Positions 40,450-49,810 of a stretch of DNA of 64,000 nucleotides are shown here, in pieces (the stretch's first letter is position 1; the number at the start of each line of letters is the position of its first letter). Below the pieces are notes generated by a model that saw nothing but the letters and a program-made list of their open reading frames with translations, ran no database searches and was not told the origin of the DNA. The translations under genes were made by a program, and so were the position numbers. The DNA is from an uncultured virus (IMG/VR IMGVR_UViG_3300025647_003907) (taxonomy: Duplodnaviria; Heunggongvirae; Uroviricota; Caudoviricetes): the IMG/VR virus record IMGVR_UViG_3300025647_003907, one strand, 5' to 3'.

Positions 40450-42229
40450 TATTGATTTGAGTTACTGGAAAAATATTCCGTATGAAGAAGCTCAGCAGAA
40501 GTTGGAACAACAGTTAACGGAAATCTATAAAGAAGTATTTGACGCAGATGAGCAAATTGTGTTTTATCACACCCTAGATTTTTATGTTAAACAATCAAAC
40601 TTAGGATTAGTTCTAAGAAATATACAAACAATCTTAAATGAAGTTGATATTAGCAACGCATTTGCACTCATTAAAAGTACTAACCCAAATATTGAACGGG
40701 AAATGGAGTTATTAAAACAAATTAGCAACGATCTTGTTCCTATTAAATTTGAAATAGTAACAGGAGAATATACAGCAACGCAGCTTGAATTGCACCCATC
40801 AAGCAAAAAAGAAGAATATGCATATGGCTCAGTTAACCCGTTAAAAATCTCTCTAGAAAACATTTCAGATAGAGAACGCTATCTATTAACCGATAGTAAG
40901 GTTTTCTGTATGTACCCATGGATACACATGCACGCCTGGCCCACCGGCGAAGCTTTTCCGTGTTGTATGTCTGAACATACTGGGTCCATTGGAAATTGTA
41001 AAAAAAGCACACTAAAAGAAATCTGGAATTCGGACCAAATGAAAGAAATACGGTCAAATATGCTCAACGATAAAGAGAGTGTTGCATGTGCTCGGTGCTA
41101 TGAAGAAGAATCATACGGGTTCTTTTCTGGACGTCAGAGTTCTAATAAACATCATGGTCACCTTATTGATCGAGTGTTAGAAACAAAGAGCGATGGGCAT
41201 TATAATCGGTTTGAATTACTATATTGGGATATTAGATTTAGTAATCTCTGCAATTTAAAATGCCGCAGTTGCGGACATATTTTTAGTAGTCAATGGCATA
41301 AAGATCAAATTAAATTATCTCAACTTAGTTATTGGGATAATGTACGCGACCAATCTTGGCCCGATGACCCTCCGTCGACAATGGAAGAATTTGAAAAATT
41401 GCCGGAAAATATAAAAACAGAATTACTTACAGACTTTAACGGCGAGATGATTAAACATATTGAAAACGGCAAAAAGTTGCCGGTACTAAACATTGCCGGA
41501 AGATTTGAAACAGATATGTTAGAACAATTGCTTGAACATATTGACTATGTAGAGCAAATATATTTTGCCGGAGGCGAACCATTGGTGATGGACGAACACT
41601 ATATTATCCTTGACGAGCTAATTAAGCGCGGCAAAACAGATGTTCGTTTAATTTATAATACAAACTTTACTCAGGTAAAACTAAAAGATAAAAATGCTTT
41701 TGAACAGTGGAGACATTTTCCGAGAGTTGCAGTTGGTGCAAGTTTGGATGCAATGGGAAAGTATGCAGAATATATACGTTCAGGAACAAAATGGGCCGAC
41801 GTTGAAAATAATCGAATGAAAATGATGGAAACCTGCCCGCATGTTGACTTTTATGTCAGTCCAACATTAAGTATTATGAATGCTTTACATCTGCCAGATT
41901 TTCACAGAGACTGGGTTGAGAAAGGACTTATATCCCCGCAAGATTTTAATATTAATATTTTACAAGATCCTGTGTTTTATAGAATTGATATTGCCACTGA
42001 CGAATATAAAGAACAGATTCGAGAAAAGTTTATAAAACATCTAGAATGGCTAGAGCCGCTTGATAAATTAAACAGAGCGACCAATGGGTATCAATCTGCG
42101 TTAAGGATGTTAGAAAACAACAATACAAAATTACTAGAAAAGTTTTGGCTAAAAACAAAACAGCTAGATAGAATTCGTAATGAAAATGTGTTAGAATATA
42201 TACCAGAATTAAAAGCATTACAATTATGA
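40439..42229 (+). CDS. N-terminal Twitch-domain radical SAM protein with an extra N-terminal region of about 150 aa
   Basis: FCMYPW...FPCC...CARCY, then CNLKCRSC and AGGEP. GTG at 40439 is preceded by GGAG (track start 40409). Confidence 0.85.
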   Translation: MVYNIDLSYWKNIPYEEAQQKLEQQLTEIYKEVFDADEQIVFYHTLDFYVKQSNLGLVLRNIQTILNEVDISNAFALIKSTNPNIEREMELLKQISNDLVPIKFEIVTGEYTATQLELHPSSKKEEYAYGSVNPLKISLENISDRERYLLTDSKVFCMYPWIHMHAWPTGEAFPCCMSEHTGSIGNCKKSTLKEIWNSDQMKEIRSNMLNDKESVACARCYEEESYGFFSGRQSSNKHHGHLIDRVLETKSDGHYNRFELLYWDIRFSNLCNLKCRSCGHIFSSQWHKDQIKLSQLSYWDNVRDQSWPDDPPSTMEEFEKLPENIKTELLTDFNGEMIKHIENGKKLPVLNIAGRFETDMLEQLLEHIDYVEQIYFAGGEPLVMDEHYIILDELIKRGKTDVRLIYNTNFTQVKLKDKNAFEQWRHFPRVAVGASLDAMGKYAEYIRSGTKWADVENNRMKMMETCPHVDFYVSPTLSIMNALHLPDFHRDWVEKGLISPQDFNINILQDPVFYRIDIATDEYKEQIREKFIKHLEWLEPLDKLNRATNGYQSALRMLENNNTKLLEKFWLKTKQLDRIRNENVLEYIPELKALQL

Positions 42230-43431
42230 ATCTGCCACACAATAAATTCTGTGTTCTCCCTTGGATTAGTCTAGAAACTAGTCCTATTGGTACTGTGCGC
42301 CCTTGTTGTTTGTACGACGGCGAAATACAAAATAGCCAGAGTGTAAAGTTTGATTTAAACAAAGATAACTTAAAAGATATTCAAAATTCGGACTATATGT
42401 ATCGACTTCGAGAAGCATTTTTACAAGGCGAACAACCTGCTGAGTGTAGACGTTGTTGGGCGGAAGAAGACGCTAACCGCACAAGCAAGCGCATGCACAC
42501 ACTAGCTCGCCTTAAGGATATGCTCAACGAAGAAACAGAATGGTCTTTAGATGCAAAGCCATTAATGTTTTTGGACTTAAAACTAGGAAACATTTGTAAT
42601 ATCGCATGTCGTATTTGCGGTTCGTGGTCTAGTTCTACTTACGCCGGGGAAGAAATTAAAGAATTACCTTTTGAAAAACGTAAAGAAAGTTTTGCGTATC
42701 AGATGAATCGACGAGGTAATTGGCCGCGTAAGAGTTTAACATTTTGGGACGATCTACACGAATACGCTTCTGGTATACGCTATATTGAATTTACTGGTGG
42801 CGAACCGTTTATGATCCAAGAGCATTTTGATTTCCTGCAATACCTAATCAATAATGATTATGCTAAGGATATTGAAATACACTATAACACTAACACAACA
42901 TTATACCCAGACGACGATACTATCTGGAAACCATTTAAACACGTTGAAGTAGCATTTAGTATTGATGATTTGCGCGAACGGTTTGAATATCAACGCTATG
43001 GTGCAGACTGGAAAACACTTAATAAAAATTTAGAACGCTTTAAAAAATTACGCGAACGTAGCAATAACATTTCACTACAAGTTTGTTCTACGGTAAATGT
43101 GTTTAACGTAATGTATTTAGAAGAACTTGCTAATTGGATAGACGAACAGGGGTTTAACTTTGTGTATTGGAATATGTTGCACGACGCTCCGCAGCATTGT
43201 GTAACTAGTTTACCTAAGTCGGCTAAACTGCGTGCAACAGAAAGATTGTTAAGTGCAGATGTTTCGTCTGCCCATAAAAAAGAATTTAAGAATATTGCAT
43301 TCTTTATGAACAGCCGAGATACAGAACCAGAGATACTGCGCGAAGATAGTTCACGCATGGACAAGCGCCGTAATCAATCTATGCGTGATTATTTGCCTGA
43401 GTTGGCAGAGTGTTTGTATGGAAAAACCTGA
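42226..43431 (+). CDS. N-terminal Twitch-domain radical SAM protein
   Basis: FCVLPW...RPCC...CRRCW, then CNIACRIC and TGGEP. Confidence 0.9.
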   Translation: MNLPHNKFCVLPWISLETSPIGTVRPCCLYDGEIQNSQSVKFDLNKDNLKDIQNSDYMYRLREAFLQGEQPAECRRCWAEEDANRTSKRMHTLARLKDMLNEETEWSLDAKPLMFLDLKLGNICNIACRICGSWSSSTYAGEEIKELPFEKRKESFAYQMNRRGNWPRKSLTFWDDLHEYASGIRYIEFTGGEPFMIQEHFDFLQYLINNDYAKDIEIHYNTNTTLYPDDDTIWKPFKHVEVAFSIDDLRERFEYQRYGADWKTLNKNLERFKKLRERSNNISLQVCSTVNVFNVMYLEELANWIDEQGFNFVYWNMLHDAPQHCVTSLPKSAKLRATERLLSADVSSAHKKEFKNIAFFMNSRDTEPEILREDSSRMDKRRNQSMRDYLPELAECLYGKT

Positions 43432-44746
43432 TTGCAAACCCGAATTTCTATGTCTCGCGCCTTGGACCCATACTTATTTGAGCCCGCAAAGCGAACGTAG
43501 ACTTTGTTGTGCAAGTCGCGAACCCGCACAAAATTTTACACAGTATATCGATACTGCTTCTGGCACTGGTAACTATAACCCTCTTACATTAGAAGAATGG
43601 TGGAACTCTGAGCATGTACGTGCGGTACGTGTTAAAATGATGCAGGGAGATATTCCAGATGAATGCCAAGTATGTAACCATAAACTATTAAACACAGACG
43701 TATACCGTAGTTATTTTTGGCACTTGTTCAAACACAAGTATGATCAGATATGGGAATCGACCGACGAAACTGGTCATACATCAATGAAACCAGTTAGCTG
43801 GGATTATCGTTTTTCAAATTTGTGTAATTTTAAATGTCGCATGTGTGGTGATATGCTGTCAAGTTCCTGGGAATCTGAGGAGAAGAAACATGAAATGTGG
43901 AACAAACAAGATCCTAAAAACAATTGGATGCTTCCTGAAATTCGTGAAAAAATTAATAACTTTCAACTTACCACCGTTAACAAAGAATTCTCAGATGCAG
44001 TAGAAGAAAATCGTGTTGAAGAAGTTTATTGGGTAGGCGGCGAACCATTAATGTTTGAAGAACACTGGAAGTTTATGAGTCGCATTGTTGAACTTGGGCA
44101 AGGACATCGAGTATATGCACGTTATAATACCAACTTATCACAAGTAAACTACAAGGGTTTAAGTTTATACAGAGATATTCTCGCACATCTAAGAGATTGG
44201 CAAATCTGCGCGAGTATAGACGGTACTGGTGCTGTTGGTGAATATATACGCACAGGATTAAAATGGGAACAGTTTTTACAAAACTACGAAGATGCACAGA
44301 AGATACAAACAAATGATCGCCAGATGCGACTAGATTTTACACTTACATTGCCGGGGTTGTTTGAAATAGAAAATATGTTCTGGTTAAGTAAGGAATTAAA
44401 TACACAGTTACTTGCAAAAGTTACATTTGCATTTAGCCCAGACATTGTAATGAGTCCTCTTGCGTTGCCTAGAAACATACTTGATCGTTATGTTTCATCT
44501 GTATTAGAAAAACTTAAACCACATGCTGACAGACACCAACAACCATTGATTGATGTCTTAGAACAACTACTGAATAGGCCTACGCTAGAACAGCAGTGGC
44601 CGGACGAATATGCAGCAGGCATGCGTAAAGGCAAAGCAAGAATTTTAAAATTAGAAAGTATTAGAACGCAACCTATTACAATGGCGGAAATATTAACGCA
44701 GGATCCAGAGATTTATGAGTGGTGGGAAAATATTAGACAAGATTGA
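43418..44746 (+). CDS. N-terminal Twitch-domain radical SAM protein
   Basis: LCLAPW...RLCC...CQVC, then CNFKCRMC and VGGEP. ATG at 43418 preferred over 43385. Confidence 0.9.
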   Translation: MEKPDCKPEFLCLAPWTHTYLSPQSERRLCCASREPAQNFTQYIDTASGTGNYNPLTLEEWWNSEHVRAVRVKMMQGDIPDECQVCNHKLLNTDVYRSYFWHLFKHKYDQIWESTDETGHTSMKPVSWDYRFSNLCNFKCRMCGDMLSSSWESEEKKHEMWNKQDPKNNWMLPEIREKINNFQLTTVNKEFSDAVEENRVEEVYWVGGEPLMFEEHWKFMSRIVELGQGHRVYARYNTNLSQVNYKGLSLYRDILAHLRDWQICASIDGTGAVGEYIRTGLKWEQFLQNYEDAQKIQTNDRQMRLDFTLTLPGLFEIENMFWLSKELNTQLLAKVTFAFSPDIVMSPLALPRNILDRYVSSVLEKLKPHADRHQQPLIDVLEQLLNRPTLEQQWPDEYAAGMRKGKARILKLESIRTQPITMAEILTQDPEIYEWWENIRQD

Positions 44747-45800
44747 AATGAATCTACGTAATAAAGCAGGAGATTTGTTTCCTGTTTATATCGATGTATA
44801 TGATTCTAGCCTTGCTCGCAAATGGTTAACCGCATTACATGATTTATTATCAAATAATTATCATTTAGAAAAGAACTATTGTTTTGTTGGATTTGCCGAT
44901 AGCGAACGCAATGGCGAACTAATAATTAGTGAAATTAACAATACAATTGATTATATCAACAATAGTAAGTTAGGATATAAGATAAATGATGTCTTTACTT
45001 TAGATAATTCTTTAACAACGGTAAAATCAGAATATAACGGTGAAGATCGTTTTGTTGTTAACCACAATCATTTCAATATACTTCATCGATACTTTGAAGA
45101 ATTACAAGGAACCGCACAAAAATTATCGCCGTATTTTTTAAAAGCAAATGACGAAGAACGCTGGCATATTAGGCAGGTTAATTTATTGTGCCATGAATTT
45201 GAAACTTGGGCATTAAGTTATGGTAAAAAATTTCATTTACCTGAATGGCAACGTCCAAGCCAGTTAATGTGTTGGATTAATAGTCCTCGATTTGAGTTGG
45301 ACGAGCACGATTTTGAATTATTTGGGATTGACACAATCGCCAGACCAATGGGAGCAGTTTATGTCGGAGTTAATAAGGCAGTAGGAAAACATCACTGGGA
45401 AGTATTCCAAGATGAAGGAAGAGATTCTAAAATTAACGAATTGATTACTACTTCTATGCGTGGACAAACGCTTGCTGCCGGCGATTTTGATATCGAATGG
45501 GGGCATAGTACCGAGGGCCATCCGTGGATGGACAAACAACTTAATGAATTTCGAGACTGGTTAATTCTAAATGGGTTTAATCCGGACGATAAAAGTTTAA
45601 CCATTGGGCACCCTCAAGTTGGGCAAGTAGATTTAGAACGTTCATTTGGAACCACACATTATCAAGACATATGGAATATGCTTTATAAGTACTTAGATGT
45701 TTATAGTATTCGCACATCAGATGCGTATGCTGAATATGATTACCACTGGAGTGATCCAGATTTTGTTCAGAGACAAATACAAGCAATAGGAAAACATTAA
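44715..45800 (+). CDS. Hypothetical protein (361 aa)
   Basis: Long ORF overlapping both neighbours; no family recognised. Confidence 0.7.
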   Translation: MSGGKILDKIEMNLRNKAGDLFPVYIDVYDSSLARKWLTALHDLLSNNYHLEKNYCFVGFADSERNGELIISEINNTIDYINNSKLGYKINDVFTLDNSLTTVKSEYNGEDRFVVNHNHFNILHRYFEELQGTAQKLSPYFLKANDEERWHIRQVNLLCHEFETWALSYGKKFHLPEWQRPSQLMCWINSPRFELDEHDFELFGIDTIARPMGAVYVGVNKAVGKHHWEVFQDEGRDSKINELITTSMRGQTLAAGDFDIEWGHSTEGHPWMDKQLNEFRDWLILNGFNPDDKSLTIGHPQVGQVDLERSFGTTHYQDIWNMLYKYLDVYSIRTSDAYAEYDYHWSDPDFVQRQIQAIGKH

Positions 45801-45901
45801 TGAGTATTTTTAAAAGATTATGGAACAAGATTAAACTTGAAATCCGTTATAGAAAGAAACTAAAAGAATTACGTAAGCGCGACCCATTTATCTATAAATG
45901 A
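45800..45901 (+). CDS. 33-aa basic peptide, not in the ORF track
   Basis: MSIFKRLWNKIKLEIRYRKKLKELRKRDPFIYK. Its start overlaps the upstream stop (TAATG) and its stop overlaps the downstream start (ATGA). Confidence 0.8.
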   Translation: MSIFKRLWNKIKLEIRYRKKLKELRKRDPFIYK

Positions 45902-46653
45902 GCATTGTAATCGCAGGATACGGTTTTGTCGGGCATGCTGTTGCTGCTAAGTTTAGCAAACATATGGATGTTATTGTCGTTGACCCGAAACTTGGACCAG
46001 AAACAGCAGCAGATTATACTAGTGTCGATGGTGTAGTTGTTTGTGTTAACACACCTAGCGCAACAGATGGATCGTGCGATTATTCTAGAGTAGCACACGT
46101 ATTAGAAACTGTAGACAGCGCCATTCCTGTAGTAGTCAAATCAGCAGTAGATATTAACGGTGTATTTGCGTTAAAGAAACAATTCCCCAATCATCAGATT
46201 ACATATAGTCCGGAGTTTTTGCGTGCAGACACAGCAGACAGAGATTTTGCCACACAAGATTACGTAATACTAGGCGGCGGAGATCAGGACTTTTGGTTAA
46301 ATGTATGGACGCGGGCATTTCCTTATATCGAAGCACATTTAATCACAGATATCGAAGCAAGTTTAGTTAAGTATGCTGAAAATAGTTTTTTAGCAACTAA
46401 GGTAAGTTTCTTTAATCAACTCTATGACCTATGTGAAAATGTAGGAGCAGACTTTGAAAGTGTGCGTTATAGTTTGTGTAGAGATGAACGAATCAATCCT
46501 GACCATTCGTATGTTACAGCAGAACGTGGCTGGGGCGGACACTGCTTTCCTAAAGACACAACTGCAATGATTAAACAAGCACGTGAAGCTGGCGCGCCAT
46601 TTACAGTACTAGAACAAGCGTGCATATACAACAACAAGGTAAGAAATGGGTAA
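45898..46653 (+). CDS. ugd: UDP-glucose/GDP-mannose dehydrogenase family protein (short, 251 aa)
   Basis: GYGFVG Rossmann motif, CVNTP, YSPEFLR, KYAENSFLATKVSFFN, and GWGGHCFPKD with the catalytic Cys. Confidence 0.85.
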   Translation: MSIVIAGYGFVGHAVAAKFSKHMDVIVVDPKLGPETAADYTSVDGVVVCVNTPSATDGSCDYSRVAHVLETVDSAIPVVVKSAVDINGVFALKKQFPNHQITYSPEFLRADTADRDFATQDYVILGGGDQDFWLNVWTRAFPYIEAHLITDIEASLVKYAENSFLATKVSFFNQLYDLCENVGADFESVRYSLCRDERINPDHSYVTAERGWGGHCFPKDTTAMIKQAREAGAPFTVLEQACIYNNKVRNG

Positions 46654-48139
46654 CATACTAGGCATAAGTGCCGGATTTCACGATGCTGGAGTAAGCGTAG
46701 TTGATCCAGCAGGGAAAATTTTGTTTGCTGCCCATAGTGAACGATATAGTAAACAAAAACATGACGCAAACCTATGTTATGATATACTAGAAGAAGCAGC
46801 CAGTTATGGCGATATTGATACTGTAGCGTACTATGAAAACCATTGGCTAAAGAAACTGCGTCAATTCCGTTCCGGCGAACGTATTACGCAATGGGATTTC
46901 AGTTTACGTGACGTACTGTCAAGGCAATTTGTCGGGCACGAAAACTTATTATACAATAAAAAATTAAAGCAGTACACGCACCACAAGTCACATGCCGCAG
47001 CAGGATTTCAAACAAGTCCATATAGTGATGCTACAGTAGTTGTCATTGATGCCATCGGCGAGTTAGATACTGTTAGTATTTGGCATGCTAATTATAACGC
47101 TCACGGTAAAGCACAGTACAAAAAATTATGGACTATGCGTTATCCGCAGAGCATCGGTCTTTTTTATTCTGCGTTTACTCAGCGATGTGGATTACGTCCG
47201 CTAGATGAAGAATATATTTTAATGGGTATGGCCGGGTGGGGCAAGCCTTATTATACAAATGAAATATTAGATGAGTTTGTTGAAACATTAAACCCACCAA
47301 AGTTTAAGCATAATCTACATATTGGTACAGGTAAGTTTCTAGATGATGATGCTAACTTAGAAAATATTGCTGCGTCAACACAAGAAATTGCCGAAGCAAT
47401 GATTTATCATATTATGAGCAAGGCACGACAAATTGGATTCTCAGATAATCTTGTGTACATGGGAGGCGTAGCACTTAATTGTTTAGCAAATCGTAACCTA
47501 GGTAATTTTTATGAGAACATTTGGATTATGCCTAACCCAGGTGACGCTGGAAGTTCACTTGGCGCTGCTGCGTTAGCATATGGGGGTACTCTTGATTGGC
47601 ACGATGCTTTTCTTGGTACTGATATTCCAGGAGAATATCCAGTTAAGCCGTTATTAGACGAGCTATTATCTCGTAAGATCGTAGGTGTAGCTAGTGGCCG
47701 TGCTGAGTTTGGACCGCGTGCGTTAGGTAATAGAAGTTTATTAGCAGATCCAAGAGGTCCTGATATTAAAGATCGTGTAAACGACATTAAACGTAGGCAA
47801 CGTTTTCGCCCTTTTGCTCCTGTAATACTAGAAGAACACGCACATGAATATTTTGAAATGCCACCTGGATTTCAAACAAGTCCGTATATGCAAGTTATCG
47901 CACGCTGTACACGTCCAAAAGAATTCCCGGCTATTATTCATGTAGATGGAACTTCGCGTGTACAAACAGTCCCACAAGATGATTCAGGTATACGTAAATT
48001 GTTAGAAGCATGGTATCATTTAACAGGTTGTCCTATGTTGTTAAACACAAGTCTAAACATTCGCGGAGAACCAATGGTAAACAATCGTCGAGATGCTGAT
48101 CGTTTTGAACGCAAGTATAATGTTAAAGTTTGCTCGTGA
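46646..48139 (+). CDS. Carbamoyltransferase, NodU/CmcH/TobZ family
   Basis: LGISAGFHDA, HHKSHAA, VIDAIGE, GGVALNC, PGDAG, EFGPRALGNRS, RPFAP, HVDGTSRVQT, LNTSLN. Confidence 0.95.
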   Translation: MGNILGISAGFHDAGVSVVDPAGKILFAAHSERYSKQKHDANLCYDILEEAASYGDIDTVAYYENHWLKKLRQFRSGERITQWDFSLRDVLSRQFVGHENLLYNKKLKQYTHHKSHAAAGFQTSPYSDATVVVIDAIGELDTVSIWHANYNAHGKAQYKKLWTMRYPQSIGLFYSAFTQRCGLRPLDEEYILMGMAGWGKPYYTNEILDEFVETLNPPKFKHNLHIGTGKFLDDDANLENIAASTQEIAEAMIYHIMSKARQIGFSDNLVYMGGVALNCLANRNLGNFYENIWIMPNPGDAGSSLGAAALAYGGTLDWHDAFLGTDIPGEYPVKPLLDELLSRKIVGVASGRAEFGPRALGNRSLLADPRGPDIKDRVNDIKRRQRFRPFAPVILEEHAHEYFEMPPGFQTSPYMQVIARCTRPKEFPAIIHVDGTSRVQTVPQDDSGIRKLLEAWYHLTGCPMLLNTSLNIRGEPMVNNRRDADRFERKYNVKVCS

Positions 48140-48768
48140 AAGATTTAATTATAACCGGTGATAGTTTTTGTGCCAGCAACACAGGTTGGCCAGGAATGCT
48201 TGCTAAACAGTTAAATTTAAATTTGGTATCACAGGGGTTCCCAGGACATCATTGGTGGAAAGCAAAGCGTTATTTAGATAGCGTGGATACAAACAACGCA
48301 ACAGCAATCATTATTGTACACACAAACGCAACACGTATTCCAACAGAAGATTCAGCATTAGTAACGTTTGATCATTCACAAGAACCTACTAGCGAATTAG
48401 AACTAAGTGTTAAACTATATAACAAATATATTTTAAATTCGGAGTTCTTAGAATGGGCTCAACAACAATGGTTTATCGAACTAGAAACACGGTATGAGAA
48501 TGTAATTCATTTACATAGTTTTCCATGGAGTGTTGAATACGGAAAAAACGCACATAAAAACATAGAACAAAATTTGTGTGCGTTAAGTTTAAACGAACTA
48601 GGTGCTAAAGAATTTTCTTTATTCAACGATACAAGACTAAATCATTTAAATGAGTTTAACAATTTAACCTTAGCCAATCAATTAGCAGAAGTTATTCAGA
48701 ACGATAGACAACAGTTAGATACGCAGGAATTTGAAGCGTTAACTGATAAATGGTTCAAATGGCATTAA
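48136..48768 (+). CDS. SGNH/GDSL hydrolase-like protein
   Basis: N-terminal IITGDSF and C-terminal NH motif. GTG start overlaps the carbamoyltransferase TGA. Confidence 0.6.
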   Translation: MKDLIITGDSFCASNTGWPGMLAKQLNLNLVSQGFPGHHWWKAKRYLDSVDTNNATAIIIVHTNATRIPTEDSALVTFDHSQEPTSELELSVKLYNKYILNSEFLEWAQQQWFIELETRYENVIHLHSFPWSVEYGKNAHKNIEQNLCALSLNELGAKEFSLFNDTRLNHLNEFNNLTLANQLAEVIQNDRQQLDTQEFEALTDKWFKWH

Positions 48769-49810
48769 CACCATTGACTTCCCAGGTGCGTTTTCTGCCA
48801 CCGCAAGTTTGATTACATTGTAGTAGTCTTCCCTCTTCGTAAGTTGGAATACTCCAACTATCTACGATGCTTTTAAACCATTGGATACAATGATTTAGAT
48901 CATATTCAAGCGCATTATTTTCAAGCATTATGTTAGAAATTTGATTGTTAACCGCTTGCATAAATGTGCCTTTGCCAAATGTCCTGGGTTCATTGCCTAA
49001 GTAACAGCAAGGATATACGTCTCCTAGTGAACTAACATATATTGATTGATCGCGCATAACTTCGCAATCAACTGTATCGGCGATAGTATACTCAACGCTT
49101 CTAAAATCTATGTTGTTATTATAACTTTGAATAATTTCGTTAACAGTAGTAGTCGTTGACAGCCAATGATTTCTTTCATCACCTAAAAAATAAATTTGAT
49201 CGCCGTGTCTATTAAACACAGGTCCTGTGTCTCTTCCGTCCCAGACTGTAATAAAATCTTTAAATCCTAAATCATTTGCTAATTGTCTAGCTTCATTGAT
49301 CTGGTGTTCGTTGTGTTTAAACTTTACCCATTTCCATATTGCAGTTCCTCCTGCACCAATGAAATCATTTACATTGCGCATAATATGTGCAAAGTCTGTG
49401 TTTTGTCTATACAAATGATTTGTATCATCTAACCCATCGATACTGAAATAAACTTCAACACTTAGCTTTGCTAACGAAGTCCAAAAATCTGTATTTTGCG
49501 CACCTCCATTGGTGCTAATACTGATATTTAAATTGGGATTGTTTTCTCTAAAATATCGAACAATAGGAACAGTATTAGGATTAGCAACAGCATCACCAAA
49601 GTTACCATTAATAAGTAATTCATTAAGTTGTTTAATGAAAGATATTGAAAATATCTTTTGTGCTTCATCAACAGTCATATTGTGTTCAATATAACCATTG
49701 TTATAAGGGTATCCAAATGCCGTTCTTGGACATAACGAACAAGAAGCATTACATTTACTAGATATTTCTAGATGTACTTTGCGTATCTCAGAAAACTTAT
49801 AAGCAGCCAT
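48755..49810 (-). CDS. Radical SAM protein with a C-terminal SPASM/Twitch domain
   Basis: CNASCSLC, GNFGD, STNG, FSIDG; C-terminal C...GDVYPCC...CNQTC. The likely start MAAYKF at 49810 overlaps the upstream stop. Confidence 0.9.
   Translation of the reverse strand: MAAYKFSEIRKVHLEISSKCNASCSLCPRTAFGYPYNNGYIEHNMTVDEAQKIFSISFIKQLNELLINGNFGDAVANPNTVPIVRYFRENNPNLNISISTNGGAQNTDFWTSLAKLSVEVYFSIDGLDDTNHLYRQNTDFAHIMRNVNDFIGAGGTAIWKWVKFKHNEHQINEARQLANDLGFKDFITVWDGRDTGPVFNRHGDQIYFLGDERNHWLSTTTTVNEIIQSYNNNIDFRSVEYTIADTVDCEVMRDQSIYVSSLGDVYPCCYLGNEPRTFGKGTFMQAVNNQISNIMLENNALEYDLNHCIQWFKSIVDSWSIPTYEEGRLLQCNQTCGGRKRTWEVNGVNAI

Noticed and set aside
36491..48768. A true saxitoxin or aminoglycoside antibiotic cluster
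   Set aside because: The core scaffold enzymes (SxtA-type PKS-like protein, 2-deoxy-scyllo-inosose synthase) and transporters are absent; only the tailoring families are shared.
34647..49810. Radical SAM genes as a queuosine/7-deazaguanine, molybdopterin, PQQ or anaerobic RNR-activase pathway
   Set aside because: None of the partner genes (queC/queD/folE, moaC, pqq, nrdD) is present, and the domain order differs from those enzymes.
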